Of a DNA stretch of 64,000 nucleotides, positions 35,831 to 47,399 are shown one piece after another. Position numbers and translations under genes: made by a program. Each line of letters starts with the position of its first letter. Within the stretch, counting starts at the first letter, position 1. Source of the DNA: Felis catus (taxonomy: Eukaryota); assembly GCF_018350175.1 (NCBI RefSeq), contig NC_058377.1, forward strand, positions 108,810,001 to 108,874,000, read 5' to 3'. The notes beneath the pieces are model-generated. The model saw only the letters and a list, made by a program, of their open reading frames with translations, did not search any database and was not told the DNA's origin.

Positions 35831-38060
35831 CAAGACCTATCTATGTGCTGCCTATAAGAGACTCATTTCACACCAAAAGACGCTTGCAGATTGAAGGCAA
35901 GGGATGGAGGGGCAGCTCAGTTGGAAGAGCTTGATCTTGAAGATGCACCTCTTGATCTTGAAGTTGTGGATTTGAGCCCCACATGGGGTATAAAGATTAC
36001 TTAAAAATAGAAGCTTTTAAAAAAAAGAAAGAAAGAAAGTGAAGGGATGGAGAAACATTTATCATGCAAATGGATATCAAAAGAAAGTTGAAGTAACAAT
36101 ACTTACATTGGACCAAAGAGATTTTAAAACAAGGACTGTGACAAGAGACAAAGAAGGACACTATATAATAATCAAGAGGACAATCCAACAAAAGGATATA
36201 AAACTGTAAATATTTATGCACCCAGTGGAAGCACCTAAATACATAAAACAGTTAATAACAGGGACGCCTGGGTGGCTCAGTTGGTTAAGCCTCTGACTTT
36301 GGCTCAGGCCATGATCTCATGGCTGGTGGGTTTGAATCCTGTGTCAGGCTCAGTGCTTGACAGCTCAGGGCCTGGAACCTGTTTTGGTTTCTGTGTCTCC
36401 CTCTCTCTCTGCCCCTCCCCTGCTCACAGTCTGTCTCTCTTTCTCTCTAAGATAAACAAACATTAAAAAATAAAGAAAAGAAACAGTTAATAACAAACAC
36501 AAAGGAAATAATTGACAGTAATACAATAATAGTAGGACACTTTAACACCCCACTTATATTTAAATTCTTTTTAATGTTTTATTTACTTTTGAGAGAGAGA
36601 GAGAGACAGAGAGATACAGAGTGTGAGTGGGGGAGAGGCAGAGAGATGGAGACACAGAATCCAAAGCAGACTCCAGGCCCTGAGGAGTCAGCACAGAGCC
36701 CGATGTGGGGTTCAAACCCACAAACCACGAGATCATGACCTGAGCTGAAGTTGGACACTTAACTGACTGAGCCACCCAGGTTCCCTAACACCTCACTTAT
36801 ATTGATGGACAGATCATCCAAACAGAAAATCAACAAGGAAACAATGGCTTTGAATGACACACTAGATCAGATGAATTTTACAGACATATTTAGGACATTC
36901 CATCATAAAACAGCAGAATAGACATTATTTTCAAGTGCACATGGAACATCCTTGAGAATAGATCACATATTAGGCCACAAAACAAGTGTCAACAAATGCA
37001 AAAAAAAAAATTGAAGTCATATCATGTATCTTTTCTGACCACAAACTATGAAACTAGAAATCAACTACAGGAAAAAAAATCTAGAAAGACCACAAATAAC
37101 CTAGAGATAAATAAAATGCTAATAAACAATGAATGTATCAGCCAAGAAATCAAAAAATAAATAAAAGGGACACCTGGGTGGCTCAGCTGGTTGAGCATCT
37201 GACTCTGGATTTCAGCTCACATCATGATTTCACGGTTTATGAGTTTGAGCCCCAGGTTGGTCTCTACACTGACAGTGCAGTCTGCGTGAGATTCTCTCTC
37301 TGTCTCTCTGCCCCTTCCCTGCTCATTCTCTCTTTCTTTCAAAATAAATAAACATAAAAAAAAGAAACAAAAATACATACAGGGGCACCTAGCTGGCTCA
37401 ACCAAGAGTGTGTGACTCTTGATCTCAGAGTTGTGTTTGAGCCCCATGTTAGGTGTAGAGATTACTAAAAAGAAAGAAAGAAACTAAAAAATAATACATG
37501 GAAACAAATGGAAATGAAAACACAATGGTCCAAAATCTTTGGGATGCAGCAAAAGTGTTTCTAAGAGGGTGTAGAGGGTAGCACTACAGGTCTACCTCAA
37601 GAAGCAAGAAAAATCTCAAGTAACCAAACCTTACACCTAAAGGAGNNNNNNNNNNNNNNNNNNNNNNNNNNNNNNNNNNNNNNNNNNNNNNNNNNNNNNN
37701 NNNNNNNNNNNNNNNNNNNNNNNNNNNNNNNNNNNNNNNNNNNNNNNNNNNNNNNNNNNNNNNNNNNNNNNNNNNNNNNNNNNNNNNNNNNNNNNNNNNN
37801 NNNNNNNNNNNNNNNNNNNNNNNNNNNNNNNNNNNNNNNNNNNNNNNNNNNNNNAAAATCATTAATGAAAAAGGAGAAATAACAACCAACACCACAAAAA
37901 TACAAACAATTGTAATAGAATATTATGGAAACCTATATGTCAACAAATTGGACAACTTAAAAGAAATGGATAAATTCCGAGAAACGTTAACCTACCTAAA
38001 CTAAAGCAGGAAGAAATAGAAAATTTGAACACATCAATTACCAGCAATGAAATTGAAGCA

Positions 38061-38061
<1 letters not shown>

Positions 38062-38093
<32 letters not shown>
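38062..38093. repeat. (TAA)n microsatellite within L1 ORF2
   Basis: Direct reading. Confidence 0.9.
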
Positions 38094-38096
<3 letters not shown>

Positions 38097-38267
38097 CTCC
38101 CCCAAAACAAAAGTCCAGGAGCAGGCAGCTTCACAGGCAAATTTTACCAAACATTTAAAGAAGAGTTAATACCTATTCTTCTCAAATTATTCCAAAAAAT
38201 AGAAGAGGAAGGAACACTTCTGAATTCATTCCATGAGGTATTCTGACACCAAAACCAGATAAAGACA

Positions 38268-38310
<43 letters not shown>

Positions 38311-40553
38311 AGAGCTACAGGATGCCAATATCTCTGATGAGTATAGATGCAAATATCTTCAACACAGTATTAGCAAACCAAATCCAACAATATATTTTTT
38401 AAATGTTTATTTATTTTTTTTTGAGAGAGACAGGAAGACAGAATGCTAGTGGAGGAGAGGCAGAGAGAGAGGGAGACACAGAATCCGAAGGAGTTTCTAG
38501 ACTCTTAGATGTCAACTATAGAGTCCATCGCAGGGCTCGAAGTCACGAACTGTGAGATCATGACCTGAACAGAAATCAGATGCTCAACTGACTGAACCAC
38601 CCAGGCACCCGACAAACAACATATTTTTAAAAAGTGTACACAACAATCAAGTGGGGTTTATTCCCAGGATGCAAGGGTGATTCAATATTTACAAAACAAC
38701 GTGATATGTCACATCAATAAGAGAAAGGATTAAACACCATATGATCATTTCAATAGATGCAGAAAAAGCATTTGGCAAAGTACAACATCCATTCATGATA
38801 AAAACCTGCAGGGGCGCCTGGGTGGCTCAGTCGGTTAAATGTCTGAATTCAGCTCAGGTCATGATCTCACAGTTCGAGAGTTCGAGCCCCATGTTGGGCT
38901 CTGTGCTGACAGCTCAGAGCCTGGAGCCTTCTTCGGATTCTGCATCTCCCTCTCTCTCTGCCTCTCCCCTGCTCATGTTCTGTCTCTCTCTCTCTCTGTC
39001 AAAAATAAGTAAACATTAAAAAAAATTTTTTTTAAACCCTGCAAAGTAGGTTTCGAGGAAACATACCAAACGTAATAAAGTCCTTCTATGAAAAACCCAC
39101 AGCCAACATCATATTCAATGGTGAAAAACTAAAAGCTTTCCTCCTAAGATCAGGAACAAGACAAGGATGCACACTCTCATCACTTTTATTCCACATAGTA
39201 GTAGAAGTCCTAGCCACAGTGATCAGGCAACTAAAAGAAATACAAGGCATCCAAGTTGGTAAGGAAGAAGTAAAACTCTATATGCAAATGACATATCATA
39301 TATAGAAAATCCTAAAAACTCCATCAAAAAAATACTAGAACTGATAAACGAATGCATTAAGTCACAGGATTCAAAATCAATATACAGAAATCTGTTGCAT
39401 TCCTATGTACCAATTATGNNNNNNNNNNNNNNNNNNNNNNNNNNNNNNNNNNNNNNNNNNNNNNNNNNNNNNNNNNNNNNNNNNNNNNNNNNNNNNNNNN
39501 NNNNNNNNNNNNNNNNNNNNNNNNNNNNNNNNNNNNNNNNNNNNNNNNNNNNNNNNNNNNNNNNNNNNNNNNNNGAAAAGACATTCCACACTCAGGGGTT
39601 AGAAGAANNNNNNNNNNNNNNNNNNNNNNNNNNNNNNNNNNNNNNNNNNNNNNNNNNNNNNNNNNNNNNNNNNNNNNNNNNNNNNNNNNNNNNNNNNNNN
39701 NNNNNNNNNNNNNNNNNNNNNNNNNNNNNNNNNNNNNNNNNNNNNNNAGCAATCTTCAGAAAGAAAAACGAAACTGGAGGTATCACAATCTCACATTTCA
39801 AGTTATATTACAAAGTAGTAGTAATTAAAACTATGGAACTGGCATGGAAATAGACACGTAATAAATGGAATAGAATAGAAAACTCAGAAAGAAACCCACA
39901 ATTATAGGTCAATTAATCTTCAACCAATGAGGAATGAATATATGATGGGGAAAATACAGTCTTTTCAACCAATGGTGTTGGGGCTGGACCTCGGCACAGC
40001 AACATGTGAAAGAATGAAACTACATACACAAAAATAAAGTCAAAATGAATTAAATACCTAAATGTGAGGACTGAAACCATAAAAATCCTTGAAGAGAGCA
40101 CAGGCAGTAATTTCTTTGACCTCAACCATAGCAACATTTTTCTAGATGTGTCTCCTGAGGCAAAGGAAATAAAAGTAAAAATAAACTATTGGGAATACAT
40201 CAGAATAAAAAATTTCTGCATAGCGAAGGAAACAATCAACAAAACTAAAAGAAAACCCACCGAATGGGAGAAGATATTTGCAAATGACAGACCTAATAAA
40301 GGGTTAGTATCCAAAATATAGAAATAACTGAGACAGCTCAACACCCAAAAAAACAAGCAATCAATTAAAAAATGGGCAGAAGACATGAACAGACATTGCT
40401 TCAGAGNNNNNNNNNNNNNNNNNNNNNNNNNNNNNNNNNNNNNNNNNNNNNNNNNNNNNNNNNNNNNNNNNNNNNNNNNNNNNNNNNNNNNNNNNNNNNN
40501 NNNNNNNNNNNNNNNNNNNNNNNNNNNNNNNNNNNNNNNNNNNNNNNNNNNNN

Positions 40554-41568
40554 TGGAGTCCAGCACCAGCAGATCCAGGAAGAACAGCGTCGAAGGAAGA
40601 ACAGCGTCGGTGAAAATAAAACAAAACTAAAATAAAAAACTAAAACTGAGATAAAAATGGACACAGACAACAGCAGTGTGTTGAACTGGCCGATTTATTG
40701 CAGTAAACGTGGGATTAGATATGCTAGTGATTTCCTTGGAGCACATGTCATCTGTGTTTTTCTAACATTACCTAATTTTGAAAATGTTCCTATGTGTAAA
40801 CAACATTTAAGAAATAACATGGCGATTTTCCCCTAACTTTCCCGCATACCCTTTGATTATAGATTAATTTCTTACATTATTCCATTATGCATCTGCGTTT
40901 ATCTATCATCTACAAAGCATTTGCTTTGCTGTTCTTGTGAAAGGCCCTCCATTTCTCAACACCTCAAGTGGAAGAGTTACAGGGACATGACCTCCTAACC
41001 ACATGAGGCCAGAAGAACAATGTGTTTGCCTCCTTCCGAGGTGCCAGAAAGGGGCTGAAAAAGCCTTAGAAACCCATGCCTCATACATTCTCAGAGAGAC
41101 AATGCACCTAGGAGCCAATGAACCGACTAGGTTCAGTCATCATCTGGAATGCCTCCGGGGGGGCTAGGTGGGCCTAGGGATTGAAGTCACCTGTGCCCAG
41201 AGATACACTCCTTAGTTGCCAGAGTGGGGCTTTCAAACCCGTATGTCTCTTTTTTACAGGCCCTCTTTGCTGGCAAAGGTATGAGGCTATCCTTCCCGTA
41301 AGCAGAGGAGTCTCCATAGGGGATGGCAAGGGCTAAATGTAAGGCTGCACAATTTCTTGCAGAACCTTATTTTCTTCCCTAATGGTTCTTTTCCCAGGGA
41401 CCTGCCGGGGGCAATTCCCCAGCAGATACTACCCCAGGTAGTCTTAAGGCCGAATTACCTAAAAGCAGGAGTACAAGAAGCTTCATTGTCGGAGGGCCAC
41501 CCTGCAGTCACCAATCGGTCCACAGCCCAGGCCTTGCCACTCAGGCTGGGATAGCTCGGCTTCCAGCA
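40554..41568 (-). mobile_element. ~1 kb solo LTR, ERV2/betaretrovirus-like, inserted into L1 ORF2
   Basis: Minus strand starts TGCTGGAAGCCG and ends ...GCTGGACTCCA at the N-run; AATAAA ~140 nt from the 3' end; L1 sequence resumes exactly at 41569 (GTGTTGG..AGGATGTGGAG). Confidence 0.7.
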
Positions 41569-42431
41569 GTGTTGGTTAGGATGTGGAGAAAAAGAAGCCC
41601 TCATGCACTCTTGGTGGGCATGCACACTGGTACGGTCACTATGGAAAGCAGTATGGGAAGAAGTTCCTCAAAAAATTAAAAATAGAACTACCCTATGACC
41701 CAGTAATTGCAGTACTGGGTATTCACCCCCAAAATACAAAAGCATTAATTAAAAAGGATTCCTACATCCCTATATTTATTGCAGCATTATTTATAATAGT
41801 CAAACTATGGAAGCAACCCAGTGTCCATTGACAGATGAATGGACAAGGATATGTGGTATAAATATAATGGGATACTATATAAAAAAGATATAAAAAAGAA
41901 TGAAGTCTTGCTATTTCACAACAATATGGATAGAGCTAGAGAAGAGAGTGCTAAACAAAATAAGTCATTCAGAGAAAGACAAATATATAATCTCACTCAT
42001 ATGTGGGATTTAAGAAACAAAGCAAACAAGTAAAGGAAAAAAAGAGAGAGACAAACCAAGAAATAGACTCTTAACTATAGAGGACAAAACTGATGATTAC
42101 AAGAGGGGAGGTGGGTAGGGTGATGCATTAAATAGATGACAGAGATTAAAGAATATACTTATCATGATTGTAAAAATTAAATTAATAAAAAGAAAAGGGG
42201 GGCTTCGGGTGGTTCAGTGGGTTAGCCTTGTTGGTGGAAAGAACTTTAAGAGGCCATGTGGCTCGCAGTCCTACCTAGATACCAGTTGGCTCTGGGTTCA
42301 AACTGCTTAGCTCCAGTGTAAATAGGTATGTGACCTTGGGCTAATTGCTTAATATTCCTATGCCTCAGTTTCTTCTTCTGTAAAATGGAGATAATAACAC
42401 CTATTTCATAAGATCAAAAAGTTAAGTTACA

Positions 42432-42657
42432 GGGGCGCCTGGGTGGCGCAGTCGGTTAAGCGTCCGACTTCAGCCAGGTCACGATCTCGCGGTCCATGAG
42501 TTCGAGCCCCGCGTCGGGCTCTGGGCTGATGGCTCAGAGCCTGGAGCCTGTTTCCGATTCTGTGTCTCCCTCTCTCTCTGCCCCTCCCCCGTTCATGCTC
42601 TGTCTCTCTCTGTCTCAAAAATAAATAAACGTTGAAAAAAAAAATTAAAAAAAAAAA
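42432..42657 (+). mobile_element. Young CAN-SINE
   Basis: Near-consensus copy; TSD AAAAAGTTAAGTTAC. Confidence 0.9.
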
Positions 42658-42986
42658 GTTAAGTTACTAAAGCACAATAAATGTTAATTGGTATTACTAT
42701 TCTCTCCATCCTTAACAGTGATGGAAACCTCCCTCTTACATTATTACTAAAATAAAACTATCAGCCATTATTTATTGAGCACCTACTTCATGTACTTTAA
42801 TTTAATCTTCACAATAATCCCACATGATGGATTTTTTCCCTCCATTTTACAGAGGAAGGTGCTGTGGCTCAGTATATATGAGTTCCCAGTGAATACGAAT
42901 TTCAAGTCAGTGCTAACTCCAAAGTCTTTCCCCTTAACCACCATGCTGTCCTGTCTTCCTGATGAAATTCATTGCAAACCTTTTCC

Positions 42987-43440
42987 TGTACACTGAGAAA
43001 CAAGCCCACTGACCCAATTAAAGGAGGGACATGGAGACTTGGAGCACAATTAAGTGAGCCTTTAATCAATGTTCTTCCAAGAGGGGATGTCTGATGGACA
43101 GGCACATTGGGGGCAGCCACAGCAGACCATTTATCTCCTAGCATGTAAGTCCCTCCCCTGGTTCCTCATTGGCTGAGTACTACAGGGGTTCCAGCCTTAC
43201 CCAGAGGGCACCTATGTCCATGTAAGGCAAAGAGTAATCTGATCGGAACAAATAAACATTCCCTGAGGTGGTGCAGAGACTTTCAGTCCTCCTCCCGCTG
43301 TTCTTTGGTGTATGCTCATTGCAAAGCCCCCCAAAATAAGCTCGCAAAACGGAGAGAGGAAGAACCAGGAAGTGAAGTGTCTAAGGGTTTGGGACTCACT
43401 CCATTGTGGTGGTGGTGGGGGGTCGTACACATTTCCAATA
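42987..43440 (-). mobile_element. Probable ERV1-type solo LTR (boundaries approximate)
   Basis: Minus strand begins TATTGGAAATG, has a CCAAT box and ATTAAA signal, and ends ...GTACA. Confidence 0.5.
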
Positions 43441-44385
43441 GGTTGCAAGCCTATTGTTAATTAGACAGTACAGCTTTTAGTTGGTACTTCCAAAAATGAA
43501 TCATCTCCCTTACTTCTCACACACACTGAATTCATTCTGCCTGGTGCAGCTCTTCTGGAAGCTCATGGATCACTCTTGACTACAGCTGCTTCCTGAGTGC
43601 TTGGGCACAGCCAGGTGCACAGCAGCATTGGGTACAGTGTTCCCGGTAATGAAAGAGACATGGTCCCTGGCCTCAAGGAGCTCAGTATCTATTGCTAACA
43701 GCAGACAAGGAAAGAGTTTGTGGTAGGACTGCTAGTTGTAGCAAAAATCAATTCTCCTCTTCTTCCTGGGAACATGGCTTCCCAACTAGACAGTACATTT
43801 CCCAGTGAGCTTTGCATCTAGGTGTGGCTAAAGAGAGCAGAGACAATGTGAGAACTTCCCAGTCTTGGATTTAAAGTGTTGGGCAGGGGCACCTGAGTAG
43901 TTAGTCGGTTTCGGCTCAGGTCATGATCCCAGGTCATTGTGGGATCCAGCCCTGTGCTGGGTATGTAAACCTCCGTTTTCCCCCTTCCCAAGGACTAGAG
44001 TGTGGATATAAGAAGCAGATAGGATCANNNNNNNNNNNNNNNNNNNNNNNNNNNNNNNNNNNNNNNNNNNNNNNNNNNNNNNNNNNNNNNNNNNNNNNNN
44101 NNNNNNNNNNNNNNNNNNNNNNNNNNNNNNNNNNNNNNNNNNNNNNNNNNNNNNNNNNNNNNNNNNNNNNNNNNNNNNNNNNNNNNNNNNNNNNNNNNNN
44201 NNNNNNNNNNNNNNNNNNNNNNNNNNNNNNNNNNNNNNNNNNNNNNNNNNNNNNNNNNNNNNNNNNNNNNNNNNNNNNNNNNNNNNNNNNNNNNAACTAG
44301 GGTTTTGCAGAGCCACAAAACTGCCCCTGAGATGTTTCTAAGCTAGGGGTTGTGTATTAAGAAAAAAAAAAATCAGCATTATTTT

Positions 44386-44862
44386 TATTTTTTTATTTTT
44401 TTTTGTTTCAATATATGAAGTTTATTGTCAAATTGGTTTCCATACAACACGCAGTGCTCATCCCAAAAGGTGCCCTCCTCAATACCCATCACCCACCCTC
44501 CCCTCCCTCCTATCCCCCATCAACCCTCGGTTTGTTCTCAGTTTTTAAGAGTCTCTTATGCTTTGGCTCTCTTCCACTCTAACCTCTTTTTTTTTTTCCT
44601 TCCCCTCCCCCATGGGTTTCTGTTAAGTTTCTCAGGATCCAGATAAGAGTGAAACCATATGGTATCTGTCTTTCCCTGTGTGGCTTATTTCACTTAGCAT
44701 AACACTCTCCAGTTCCATCCATGTTGCTACAAAGGGCCATATTTCATTCTTTCTCATTGCCACGTAGTACTCCATTATGTATATAAACCACAATTTCTTT
44801 ATCCATTCATCAGTTGATGGACATTTAGGCTCTTTCCATAATTTGGCTATTGTTGAGAGTGC
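44386..44862 (-). mobile_element. Young 5'-truncated feline L1 3' end
   Basis: Poly-T tail followed by L1 3'UTR (TTTATTGTCAAATTGGTTTCCATACAACAC...); TSD CAGCATTATTTT at 44374-44385 and 44867-44878. Confidence 0.85.
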
Positions 44863-45399
44863 AAAGCAGCATTATTTTTGAACTTCATGTGCCCTGTGAT
44901 GGACAGTCTCTAAGCAGCCTGAGAAACCACTAGAGGTCGTTCAGCCTCTGGCAACGCACAGTGGAACTGTGTTCATCCAGGAATCTTGCCTGAGTTTTCA
45001 AGGTGAGCTCAGGAAATGTTGATCATTTGTGAACACTGGGTTGCCTGGACAGGAAGAGGTGAAGACTGATGCCATTAGCCCTGGCCCTCCTGAATTACTG
45101 CTCCCAACCTCCCCTTATGCACAGATGACTGACTTACAGGAGCAGATAAGCTTTTTGGTGTGATAGAAAATCAGAGGGGAGCCTGGGTGGCTCAGTCGGT
45201 TAAGCGTCCGACTTCAGCTCAGGTCATGATCTCACAGTGAGTTTGAGCCCCGCGTTGGGCTCTGTGCTGAAAGCTCAGAGCCTGGAGCCTGCTTCGGATT
45301 CTGTGTTTCCCTCTCTCTCTGACCGTCCCCTGTTCATGCTCTGTGTCTCTCTGTCTCAAAAATAAATAAACATTAAAAGAAAATCAGAGGAAATCTTCC

Positions 45400-46520
45400 T
45401 TCTAAATAAATAATTTTTACACACTCTGACTCAGTTGCTTCCCTGCCACTTTGCTGTTGACGTACGCACTGTAAAACGTGAATTATGCAGGTTAGAAGTG
45501 AATTTTAGCTTGATTTCACATTTTTGCAAGTTTCTTGTTTAGTGACTTATTATGCCCTACTATTGTGTATCTTATTAGCATTTGTGTTTTACAAATATGT
45601 CTAATGGTCCAGTGTGGTGATTTTTTTATCATGAGGTATGAAATGAAAGAGAAGTTTAGGACTATGGACAAATCTGGTAGTGTTAGTAGTAAAGAATTAC
45701 AATGTACAAAGGCAGCAATGGCTTCAGCAATATTGAGAAGAACTTAACCACAAATTACAGCCATTTGACAAGTAAATGAGCTCATTGTTATCAATTAGTA
45801 TCTCAAAGCAAACAGTAAAGGCTTTTATTTTAAAGGTCACATACAGTAAAAAGGCTCAAAGAGCAAGTTGTTTGGTAGCAGAACTTACTGCTTAGAAAAG
45901 AGAACTTAATGCCAGCACATGAAATTAGTCAGTGAAATACTAGCACATGATACCAAATGAAAGTTGATGTACCGATGATGTCACATGATGCTGAAAAGCT
46001 GTTTGTTTGTTTGTTTGTTTGTTTGTTTGTTTGTTTGTTAATAAATTGAAAAATAAGGGTGCCTGGCTGGCCCAGTCAGAAGAGCATGCGACTCTTGATC
46101 TCCGGGTTGTGAGTTGGAGCCCCATGTTGGGTGCACCTGGGTGGCTCAGTCAGTTGAGCATCTGACTCTTGATTTCAGCTTAGGTCATGGTCCCAGGGTC
46201 ATGGGATCAAGCCCTGTGTCAGGCTCTGTGCTGAGCGTGAAGCCTGCTTGGGATTTTCTCTCTCTCCCTCTCTCTCTGTCCCTCCCTGCTTTCTCTCTCA
46301 AAATAAATAAACATTTAACAAACAAACAAACTGAAAAAAAACCCAGGTATTTGTCTAGGCTGACAAGTCCATGATTTCACCTATAAATGCTATGCTATAT
46401 AGTACATGTAAGATTTGTAAGGGATGGCGATAATCAAGAGAATTTTCTGTGCTGCGAACAGCTTTGACAAACAAAGAAATAAACAGCCAAGCTACATTTA
46501 GCATTTTCTTCATATATGGA
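45400..46520 (+). mobile_element. hAT-Charlie transposase remnant interrupted by SINEs and (GTTT)n
   Basis: AT-rich decayed coding-like sequence resembling Charlie (GTAGCAGAACTTA..GC, CTTAATGCCAGCA..TGAAATTAGTCAGTGAAATACTAG). Confidence 0.45.
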
Positions 46521-46789
46521 CTCAAATGGTCTGTCTTAGAGAGACTGTCTTAGTGTTTGAACTGATGGTATTCCCATCAAGGATTTGCTCCATAAGACTT
46601 TTCACTGCTCTTGTTAAAACAAAACACAACCCAAACCCAGCAAACAAAAGCTTGGTGTTGTCATACCTATTGCTTTCTTCACTGAGAGACGCTGGTGTAA
46701 AGAACTCTGGGAAGGAAAATCAGTGGTGCTGCAAAATGGTTCACTGTATTAAACAAAGACCATTTTACTTGAGAGTGTTTAAAAAAACT

Positions 46790-47350
46790 GTGATATGATC
46801 CAGAATTCTACTTCTGCGTATGTACCAAAGAATCGAAAGCAGGGACTTGAACCTGTACCTGAAAACCCATGTTCACAGCAGCATTACGCACAGTAGCCAA
46901 AGGTGGAAACAACAGAAATGTCCATGGACAGATGGGTGGATAAACAAAATGTGGTATGCACATGTAATGGAATGGTAGTCAACCTTAAAGAGGAAGGAAC
47001 TGTGGACACCTGCTACAACACTGATGAACCCAGAAGACGGTAAGCTAAGTGAAATAAACCAGACACAAAAGGACAAATATTGTACCCTTCCACTTGAATG
47101 AGGTACCCGGAATAGGCAAATTCAGAGGCAGAAAGTTGAAGAGTGGTTATCAGGGGCTAGAGGGGGAGGATAAAGGGGAATTATTATTAAAAAGGCTACT
47201 TTCCCTTTGGGAAGATGAAAAGTGGGGATGAAGAGTGATGATGGTTACACAACATTGTGAGCGTACTCAACACCCCTAAATTGTGCACTTAAACATGTTT
47301 CACTGGTAAATTTTGTTACACGTATTTTACCATGGTAACATTTTTTTAAT
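46790..47350 (+). mobile_element. L1MB-type 3' end fragment
   Basis: CCCATGTTCACAGCAGCATTA..., GCTAAGTGAAATAAACCAGACACAAAAGGACAAATATTGTA. Confidence 0.75.
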
Positions 47351-47399
47351 TTTAAAAGTTAAAAACAAAAAAAAAACCCTGTAAAATCTGGGAAAAAGA

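Larger units (their letters stand above)
32405..42195 (+). mobile_element. Near full-length decayed carnivore LINE-1 (5'UTR, ORF1 ~34290-35150, ORF2 from 35498, 3'UTR/polyA ~42190), interrupted by SINEs and LTRs
   Basis: 5' GGGAAGATGGC..TAGGAGG..CCCT; ORF1 remnant FQMKEQDQITARDLNKKDISNIPDREFKVMIIKIL and REWHDIFKVLKGKNLQPRILYP; ORF2 endonuclease start MAINTYLSIITWNVNGLNAP; RT IISIDAEKAF; C-terminal LKKLKIELPYDP; many stops and frameshifts. Confidence 0.92.

Noticed and set aside
34224-42033. L1 ORF1/ORF2 fragments as functional genes
   Set aside because: Multiple stops, frameshifts and insertions; inactive element
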